Assembly: GCA_963833025.1 (NCBI GenBank)
Contig: CAWHWI010000001.1
Location: forward strand, 1,948,170 to 2,012,169
Source of the DNA: an uncultured delta proteobacterium
Lineage (GTDB): Bacteria; Desulfobacterota; Binatia; Binatales; Binataceae
Direction: 5' to 3'
DNA length: 64,000 bases
Notes under the pieces: generated by a model
Told to the model about the DNA's origin: nothing
The model's database searches: none
The model's input: only the letters and a program-made list of their open reading frames with translations
Part shown: positions 57,001 through 64,000 of the stretch, in pieces
Position numbering within the stretch: the stretch's first letter is position 1
Layout of the letters: each line of letters begins with the position of its first letter
Position numbers and translations under genes: made by a program

Positions 57001-57888
57001 TCATTCGTGGTTCTTTACCCGCTGCTGACGGTCGCCGAGCCCATATACCATCGCGGTTTTGGTGGTGCCGAGTTTGATCCACTCCGCGCAATCGAGCTGC
57101 ACTTTTTTGTAGAACTCTTCCGATAGCTCAAGGGACTCCTTGCTCACCTCTTCCAGCCGCTCGAACTTGCACTGGAATGCGAACTCACCGGATAGGGACT
57201 TTTCCAGCGCCCGGCTCCGCCATATTGCGATAGTAGTCTTACCCTTGAAGTGATGCCCGAAGTGTATGATGCCCATAGTATTCTGCACTTCCTCGACCGC
57301 GACATTGTTAACCAGCATCATTTTGGTTCTAGGTCGTATGTCTATGTTCTTGAGGGTCGGGAAGGCTTTGGCGATGTCCTCGATACCGCGATCGAGCTCG
57401 ATTTTGGGTGACGTCAGGACGCATCCATGAGAATACACGCTGCGCATCCCGCCCAGCCGGTCGCGCTCGAGCAATAACTCTTCTTTGAACTTTACCTCGT
57501 CGTGTCCACCCAACTGCGGACGCACATCAACCGCCGCGGCGCTCGCGAGCTCCGGGGCGCGGAATTTGAAAGTCAGTTCGTGGCCGGGACGCGGCCATCC
57601 CTGGTCATAGAAGGTGCGCTTTCGCAGGATGAAATGGTTGTTGTAGAGATCGAACTGTGGAGTGTCATAGAACAGCACTTCCCGAACCTGGCTGTCGAAT
57701 GCGTGTTTGTCGACATCTACCTTAAGGTCCAGTTTCTTAAGAGTCTTGGACGCGGCTTCCCAAAATTCGAGAAAACCGTCTTTGCTCGTAAACCTGTCGG
57801 GCTGCAGCAGGATCTTGTACTCGCGGTAATGGACGACGTCGCTCGCCAGATGCTCGGTTTCGGGATGCTTGCTGATGTGCTTGTCCAT
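57001..57888 (-). CDS. CYTH/triphosphate-tunnel-like domain protein
   Basis: YREYK (ExExK-like), FYDT..FDLY...FILRKR, LTFKFR, C-terminal TKT. Confidence 0.6.
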   Translation of the reverse strand: MDKHISKHPETEHLASDVVHYREYKILLQPDRFTSKDGFLEFWEAASKTLKKLDLKVDVDKHAFDSQVREVLFYDTPQFDLYNNHFILRKRTFYDQGWPRPGHELTFKFRAPELASAAAVDVRPQLGGHDEVKFKEELLLERDRLGGMRSVYSHGCVLTSPKIELDRGIEDIAKAFPTLKNIDIRPRTKMMLVNNVAVEEVQNTMGIIHFGHHFKGKTTIAIWRSRALEKSLSGEFAFQCKFERLEEVSKESLELSEEFYKKVQLDCAEWIKLGTTKTAMVYGLGDRQQRVKNHE

Positions 57889-58042
57889 GGGCGGCACTAT
57901 CCTCCAAGTACATTGGCGGAAACGAACTCCTCCGCTGGAGAACAAATTCGCTTCCCGCAATTGCCGCAATTGTACTTAAAAATTCGGATTTTCCAAATGA
58001 CGGTGAGCGCGACGAAGTTCAGAAGGGACCGTGGCTGAGATG

Positions 58043-58080
58043 CGGCAACGCCGTTCCCCCGAGGAGGAACGGCGTTGCCG
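58043..58080. terminator. Hairpin downstream of the large surface-protein gene
   Basis: CGGCAACGCCGTTCC-loop-GGAACGGCGTTGCCG, perfect 15-bp stem. Confidence 0.65.
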
Positions 58081-58112
58081 GTTACGTAAAGTCAGTTTTG
58101 GATGTGCCCCGC

Positions 58113-61100
58113 TTATGGCAGCACCACCGAGGCTGCGCCGTTGGTCGGCGAGAAGCCGGCTGCGAATTTCGGGCCCACCGTCCAGGTCCCGCTCGACTGG
58201 CTGTACAGCTCCGAGTAGTCATTCGTTGCGTTGGCGGTGCCGCAGGTGGTCGTCGCCTGTGTGCTGCCTATGACCACCGACTGCAGGCTCGGCGACGGAG
58301 TCGTGCATGCGCCGCCGATTACGATTACATCGGTCTCATCGGTCCCCGTTCCGATTACGCCGAGGCCATTTCCTTCACGCGGCTGATTGAGCTGTCCGTT
58401 CGTGAGCGAGGTGCTCGAGACGAAGGTTCCGCCGGTCCCGGTGCCCGGTTCGTACAGGTCGGTCTCGGACTGCGCCGCCTGCTTGATGCCGGTGGTGGCC
58501 GCGCAGGTCGATGGGGCAGTGCCTGCCTCGACGTCTACGCCGCCTGGCAGAATCACCTCGCCGGCGAGGCTGCCGGTTTCGAGCAGTGTCGCTGCTCCCG
58601 CGCGCTTGGTGCCCATCGTGTTGGCCGCCGGGCTCCAGGTCTGGGTCGACGGGTTGAACACCTCGGCGGTGTTAAGCGTCGTCGCCAGCACTGGCGACGA
58701 GCTGACGGTGCAGGCGCTCGAAGTTGCCTCGATGCCGCCGAACGCCACCAGCTGGCCGGACAGCGCGCCGGTAACGACCGAAGGATCCATTGCAACCAGC
58801 GCGAACAGTTCGCGCGGGGTCGCCAGCGACCCGGAGGTCTGGGTGAAGGTCTGCGTGGCCGGGTTGAAGATGAACGACAGGTTCGACGACTCGCCCAGGA
58901 ACGAGACGAGGTCACCGCCCGCCAGCAGCACTTGGCCGCCGTCGTTCGGGATCAGCGCTGCGCCCTGGTCCACCATGCCGCACTCAGAAGTGTCGGCCGC
59001 AGCCGTTCCACCAGTGCCGGCGGCCAAACCCGAGGCCGCCGTGAACTGGAACGTGGTGGCGCTGGGAATCGCGGTTACGACGAAGGTTCCGTTGTAGCCC
59101 GCCTGGCTGACGTTGGCGATGCTGACCTGATTGCCGACGATCAGGTTGGACGGATTCGCCGTCGTCATGGTGATCGTCGCCGTGCTTGCGCTCTCGGAGG
59201 CGGACGAGATGGCGCTCGTAGGCCCTGCGCATAGAGAAGGAAGACCGGTGGAGCATGTCGTCCCTGTCGGGCAAGCGGGAATCGAGCCGATGGCAGTAAA
59301 GGCGTCAGTGCTTGGGTTGTACAACTCGGCTGTGTTCAACCCCACTTGTCCGGTCGGTGCGCCCGAACCCGGCGGCGGCGTCGTGATGCTCAGGAACGAG
59401 CTACCGCTGGAACCGCCAACGATCAGCACCTGACCGTCCAGTGCGGTGCCGCTACCCTCGATCAAGGTGGCGCTCGGGCCGCTGCGCGCCGAGGTCATCA
59501 CGCCGCCGCTGTTGCTGCCGGCGTAGGTGAACGACTGGGTGCTCTCGCTGTACAGCTCCGCCGTGTTCAGCGCGTTGCACTGGAACCCACTGGTCCCGCC
59601 ATAGCTTGCCGCCGAGCAGGTCTCGCCGCCAACGATCAGAGTCAACCCGTTGGTCAGCACGACCGCCGCTGCAGACTCGCGCGCGGTGTTGAGCGAGCCC
59701 ACCAGTTGGAAGCAGTTACCGGTTGTGTTGAAAATCTGGGCGGACGCGCTGGACACCGTCGCGGTGGCAAGGTTGATGGCGCCGCCCAGCTTGCCGCCTA
59801 CGTCGCCGCCGGCGACCAGGATGCCTCCAGACTCGGAGGCTGCCGGAGAGCAGGTCGGAGTTGCCGTTGGGGTGGCGGTTGCGGTTGCCGTCGCGGTCGC
59901 CGTCGCTGTCGCTGTCGCCGTCGCGGTTTTGGTCGCGGTCTTGGTGGCAGTCGCGGTCTTGGTCGCGGTCGCAGTCTTAGTCGGAGTCCCGCTGGTAGTA
60001 GACGTCGCGGTTGCCGTTGCAGTCGGTGCCGTTGCAGTCGGTGTCGCCGTCAACGTGGCCGTAGCAGTCGACGTCGGCGTCGCCGTTGCCGTGGCGGTCA
60101 CGGTAGCCGTTGCGGTGTTCGTTGCGGTGGCGGTTGCCGTTGCGGTGTTCGTGGCGGTCGCCGTGGCAGTGTTGGTGGCAGTCGCTGTGGCAGTTGCGGT
60201 GTTGGTCGCGGTCGCCGTAGCCGTCTGCGTGTCGGTCGCAGTCGCCGTCGGCGTGGCGGTCGCTGTTTGCGTGTCGGTCGCGGTCGCGGTGGCCGTCGCA
60301 GTCGGTGTGGCCGTCGCCGTTTGCGTGTCAGTCGCGGTGGCCGTAGCCGTCTGCGTATCGGTCGCCGTGTTGGTCGCCGTAGCTGTCGCGGTTGCCGTGG
60401 CTGTCGCCGTTTGCGTGTCGGTTGCCGTCGCAGTCGCGGTTGCGGTGTTGGTGGCGGTCGCGGTTGCAGTGTTGGTCGCGGTTGCGGTGTTCGTTGCGGT
60501 CGCTGTCGCCGTTGCTGTGTTGGTGGAGGTGGCAGTCGCAGTGGCTGTTGCCGTCGGCGTTGCTGCCGTACCGAATGCGACTCCGACGAGGGCTACCGTT
60601 TTGGTGCTCACTTGCGCATCGTCGACAAAGGTCAGCTTTCCAGTTTCGGCGGTCCCGTTCGCATCAGTATCAGTGGTCGGATTGAATGTCACCGAGACCT
60701 GGCAGCTCGAATTCGCCGGCACCGAGCCGTCGCAGCTATTCGCTGTTATGACGAATGGGCCGCTGGTGCTGATCGAACTGAAGGTGACAGGTACTGCGTT
60801 GGAATTGGTGAGCGTGACGGTCATGGGGGCGGATATTGTGCCTACCTCGACTCTCCCAAACGACAGGGAGGTCGGCGATACGGTGGGAGTGACGATGTAG
60901 CCCACGCCTGCGGCAGTGATCGACTGGGTGGGTAGGTACGCATTGTCGGTGACGACGATTTGCTCTTCGCTGTCGCCGGTTTGAGTAGGAGTGAAAATCA
61001 CGCCAAAAGTGCAGGTGCCGCTGGCGGCGACCTGTGTTCCGCTGCAGGTGTCATCGGTAGTGGTGAAAGGGGCCGACACCACGACGCTGGTGACGCTCAG

Positions 61101-61679
61101 TGAAACCTGGTTGGGGTTGGTCAAGGTGATCGTCCGCGCGGCGGAGGGAACGTCAAGCGGCTCTTCGCCGAAGCTCAGGTGAGTGGGCGAGAAGGTCGGC
61201 CTCAAGATGATGCCCGTGCCGGAAAGATTCACCGTTTGCGGGCTGTTGAAGGCGCCGTCGGTGATCGTCAAGGCGCCAGTGCGCTTACCGGCCTGGCTCG
61301 GAGTGAACACGACACTGACAACGCAGTTTCCCGAGGGCGCGAGCGTGGTGCCGCTGCATCCATCGCTCGAGAGGCTGAAATCTCCGGAAGGGACAACGCT
61401 GGTAATCTGGAGGGGAGAGCTGTTCGGATTGGTAAGGGTTACGTTTTTGGCGGCGGAGGTTGTCTCGACTTCCTGCTCCGGAAACGAGAGCGCCAGCGGG
61501 CTGATGGTCAACCTTATTTCCGAGGCGAGCGCGGGCGCGGCGCCGAATGCGGTCAGGATCGAAATGACAGTCAGAGCGAGCGCGGTGAGTCTTGCGGCGC
61601 GAATTACCCTCGCGAGAGCTGGATGCGACGGCTTGAGACTCAGTGAGGGTCGGTTGGACAGGTTAGCGCGTTTGGTCAT
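58113..61679 (-). CDS. Large secreted protein: 3 ASH/choice-of-anchor-D Ig-like domains, Thr-Ala mucin-like stalk, kelch-type propeller
   Basis: Signal peptide; three units SP..LSF......S....VTLTN...C...V.FTP...G.L.I.D; about 230 aa of TATATA; kelch units LIVGG...TAELY.P....F. Confidence 0.88.
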   Translation of the reverse strand: MTKRANLSNRPSLSLKPSHPALARVIRAARLTALALTVISILTAFGAAPALASEIRLTISPLALSFPEQEVETTSAAKNVTLTNPNSSPLQITSVVPSGDFSLSSDGCSGTTLAPSGNCVVSVVFTPSQAGKRTGALTITDGAFNSPQTVNLSGTGIILRPTFSPTHLSFGEEPLDVPSAARTITLTNPNQVSLSVTSVVVSAPFTTTDDTCSGTQVAASGTCTFGVIFTPTQTGDSEEQIVVTDNAYLPTQSITAAGVGYIVTPTVSPTSLSFGRVEVGTISAPMTVTLTNSNAVPVTFSSISTSGPFVITANSCDGSVPANSSCQVSVTFNPTTDTDANGTAETGKLTFVDDAQVSTKTVALVGVAFGTAATPTATATATATSTNTATATATATNTATATNTATATATNTATATATATDTQTATATATATATATNTATDTQTATATATDTQTATATPTATATATATDTQTATATPTATATDTQTATATATNTATATATATNTATATATNTATATATATNTATATVTATATATPTSTATATLTATPTATAPTATATATSTTSGTPTKTATATKTATATKTATKTATATATATATATATATATPTATPTCSPAASESGGILVAGGDVGGKLGGAINLATATVSSASAQIFNTTGNCFQLVGSLNTARESAAAVVLTNGLTLIVGGETCSAASYGGTSGFQCNALNTAELYSESTQSFTYAGSNSGGVMTSARSGPSATLIEGSGTALDGQVLIVGGSSGSSFLSITTPPPGSGAPTGQVGLNTAELYNPSTDAFTAIGSIPACPTGTTCSTGLPSLCAGPTSAISSASESASTATITMTTANPSNLIVGNQVSIANVSQAGYNGTFVVTAIPSATTFQFTAASGLAAGTGGTAAADTSECGMVDQGAALIPNDGGQVLLAGGDLVSFLGESSNLSFIFNPATQTFTQTSGSLATPRELFALVAMDPSVVTGALSGQLVAFGGIEATSSACTVSSSPVLATTLNTAEVFNPSTQTWSPAANTMGTKRAGAATLLETGSLAGEVILPGGVDVEAGTAPSTCAATTGIKQAAQSETDLYEPGTGTGGTFVSSTSLTNGQLNQPREGNGLGVIGTGTDETDVIVIGGACTTPSPSLQSVVIGSTQATTTCGTANATNDYSELYSQSSGTWTVGPKFAAGFSPTNGAASVVLP

Positions 61680-61975
61680 GGCGCATTCCTCTTTCGAGTC
61701 GAGGGAGTTGAGCTTGTAGGTAGCGGGTTAGCAAATTGTTTTCATGTGGGCAAGGCAAATCGAGCAGCACGAGTGAGAGAGAGATCTCGAGTAGCTAGAA
61801 ATTCACCGATGGGCCGGGTGTGGATGGCTCTATCTGACCGTCCGGCAATCAGTCGAGGCGCAGCAAGTCGAGGTTTGAGGCGAGAATTAGCGGTTCAGCG
61901 CGCGAATTTGGGTATCGGCTTTTTGGTAATAAATTTTGTGGCGTTGCACAGAAGGATTGGGACCCTTCGAGTGTT

Positions 61976-62230
61976 TCACTGGCGAGCCACGCGCGAGAAT
62001 GACAGAAGAACACCTCCGAGCTGGGCCAGAGTGAATCCGAGCAAGGCGATACCGAAGCAGCTGTACGAATATTTCGCGTCCGCGGGCCTTTGCGTACCGC
62101 GACTGACGAGGAATTCGCGCAGCGCGACGGGGTCGTAATCGGCAAACAGATTGTCCAGATCCTTCGGCACGAGATTCCCGAGAACGCTGGGAAATCCCGA
62201 GCGATGAGTTACCAGATCGGTAAGGTGATC
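61976..62230 (-). pseudogene. Internal fragment of a class C beta-lactamase-like serine hydrolase
   Basis: DLVTHRSGFP...N..P....N.FADY....L.EFL.......KYSYSCFGIALLG; lacks the SxxK and C-terminal motifs; YSN reads YSC. Confidence 0.65.
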
Positions 62231-62508
62231 ATCCGCTGCATCGAACAACCACAGTCTGCTAGAAGTCAGGGCGATTCCCAGCGCGACACTTCCCAGGCAC
62301 AAGCGCCGAATCATTCGCACAGATGCGCGATGATTTCGAGGCAACCAGTTCGGCTGTCTGGTGCTGGGCGAATATTCGGCGCGAAGCGCGTCGATCTCGG
62401 CGAGATGTCGCGCGGTAAGGCGCGCTCGGCAACCGATTATGCAAAGCGGCGGGCCTTTGAGGCCCGCCGCTTCGTTGCGCGCGATGTTAAGTGCTCGCCG
62501 GACCTCTA

Positions 62509-63999
62509 TTACTTTTTGGCGGCCTTGCCGGTCCCGGACAGCGGGCGCATCTGCGGTGCTCCTGCCGCGTCGTCGTTGATGATCAACTCTCCGTTTTGCT
62601 CCATAGTATTCGTCGGACTGAAGGTCACCGAAACTCTACAGCTCTGTCCCGGCGCCAACGATGTGATGCATGGGCTGCTGACCGCGAACGGCGGGGAGGC
62701 AGTCTCACCGGTGATCGATACGGTAATCCCACTGTCGTTCTTGATCATCACCTGCTTGGGTTTGCTGACCAAATCAACCCTGGTCGATTTGCCGAAGTGC
62801 AGCCCGGACGTGGGTGTAATCTTCAGCTCGCCGACGCCAGGTGTTGGCGTCGCAGTTGGTGTGGCGGTGGCCGTCGCTGTCGCGGTTGCAGTAGCCGTCG
62901 GTGTCGACGATCCGGTTGATGTCGCAGTTGATGTCGCCGTTGCAGTCTGAGTCGCGGTGGCCGTCGCCGTTGCAGTCTTGGTCGCCGTTGCCGTAGCCGT
63001 CGGTGTCGATGATCCAGTTGACGTCGCAGTTGCCGTTGGCGTCGCAGTTGGTGTGGCAGTTGCAGTCGCCGTCGCGGTTGCGGTCGGTGTAGACGATCCG
63101 GTTGCCGTCGCGGTCGCCGTGCGGGTGGCGGTCGCGGTTGCAGTCGGCGTGGAAGTGGCCGTCGCAGTCGAACTGGAGGTTGATGTCGGAGTCGCAGTCG
63201 CGGTGGCAGTCTGAGTTGCGGTCGCGGTGCGCGTCGAGGTCGCGGTCGCCGTAGCTGTCGCAGTCGAACTGGATGTTGATGTCGGAGTCGCAGTCGCTGT
63301 GGGCGTTGCGGTCCTGGTCGCGGTTGGCGTCGCCGTCGCGGTTGCCGTAGCCGTCACGGTCGGCGTCGCGGTATTGGTTGCAGTAGCTGTCGGCGTAGTC
63401 GATCCGGTTGATGTTGCAGTTGGTGTCGGCGTCGCGGTAGCGGTAGCAGTCGCGGTCTTGGTCGCAGTAGTCGAGGTTGCCGTCGCCGTGGCAGTCGCCG
63501 TTGGAGTTGCCGTCGCGGTTGCCGTGGGCGTCGCAGTTTTCGTCGTTGTCGCTGTCGCCGTCGGCGTGCCGCTAGTCCCTGTCGCCGTCGGTGTTGCGGT
63601 GCGAGTTGCGGTCGCTGTCGCCGTTGCTGTCGCCGTTGCTGTCAGCGTTGCTGTGCTGGTCGCCGTCGGCGTCGCGCTCGATGTAGAAGTAGAAGTTACG
63701 GTTGCGGTCGGCGTGGGACCCCCTATCGGCTCCGAGTACTCCAACGCCCGATTGTTCCCCTTATCCGTCACGTAGAGGTTGTTCGACGCGTCCACTGCTA
63801 CTCCGGCTGGAGCGCTCAGGCTCGTGGAGCTAATCCCCGTGCATGCATTCGACGTGAAACTGCCGCACGTTCCAAAGACCGTATCGGCGGTCGTGTCGGT
63901 GGTCAGCGGAGCGTTGTACTCCAGCACCCGCTTGTTGGTGCCATCATTCACATATACGTTGCCCAGGCTATCCACGGCGACTGCGGTTGGACCGTCGAG
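62509..63999 (-). CDS. NHL-repeat surface protein with Thr-Ala-Pro stalk and C-terminal ASH domain (5' end off window)
   Basis: P.GVAVD..NLYV.D..NNR.LEY repeats; about 290 aa TATPT stalk; LAPGQSCRVSVTFSP...PQ...LSGTGK. Frame open to the window edge. Confidence 0.88.
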   Translation of the reverse strand, partial: LDGPTAVAVDSLGNVYVNDGTNKRVLEYNAPLTTDTTADTVFGTCGSFTSNACTGISSTSLSAPAGVAVDASNNLYVTDKGNNRALEYSEPIGGPTPTATVTSTSTSSATPTATSTATLTATATATATATATRTATPTATGTSGTPTATATTTKTATPTATATATPTATATATATSTTATKTATATATATPTPTATSTGSTTPTATATNTATPTVTATATATATPTATRTATPTATATPTSTSSSTATATATATSTRTATATQTATATATPTSTSSSTATATSTPTATATATRTATATATGSSTPTATATATATATPTATPTATATSTGSSTPTATATATKTATATATATQTATATSTATSTGSSTPTATATATATATATPTATPTPGVGELKITPTSGLHFGKSTRVDLVSKPKQVMIKNDSGITVSITGETASPPFAVSSPCITSLAPGQSCRVSVTFSPTNTMEQNGELIINDDAAGAPQMRPLSGTGKAAKK

Positions 64000-64000
64000 G

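Noticed and set aside
59860-60570. (GTCGCG/GTTGCC)n array as a VNTR or a poly-Val-Ala protein on the plus strand
   Set aside because: Variation is confined to third codon positions of the minus-strand Thr-Ala frame, so it is the coding stalk of the surface protein.

Overview
GC-rich bacterial chromosomal window. Gene content suggests a deltaproteobacteria-like soil or sediment lineage such as Candidatus Binatota; this is inference only. From left to right: a secreted protein fragment and a lipoprotein; a Crp/Fnr regulator divergent from a heavily frameshifted sensor kinase and sigma54 response regulator pair; a second, intact sigma54 activator converging on a Tad/Flp pilus operon with three 56-aa pilins (two identical in protein); a tetrapyrrole cluster (sirC-ccsA-hemA-hemC-cobA/hemD, with hemB convergent); housekeeping genes (lon, glgA, rnhA, GH1 glucosidase, trxB, moaC, rlmI); a more AT-rich island with an AbrB/PemK toxin-antitoxin pair, vsr, an IS1-like transposase remnant, a C5 methyltransferase and a MORC-like GHKL ATPase with a HEPN-like tail; a YCF48/MMPL/VOC/ABC/YceI block; a cluster of tiny stress-type membrane proteins; and two large Thr-Ala-repeat surface proteins. 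The strongest candidates for something new are (1) two paralogous 58-aa membrane proteins, missed by the ORF track, behind a full sigma54 promoter with IHF site and candidate UAS (34298-34851), (2) the Dcm + MORC-HEPN + Vsr module, which has no visible restriction endonuclease, (3) an 81-bp tandem structured element with anti-Shine-Dalgarno-like loops (54633-54794), and (4) a palindromic repeat carrying a nested second repeat. No rRNA, tRNA or CRISPR array was seen. All family calls come from reading motifs by eye, not from database searches.
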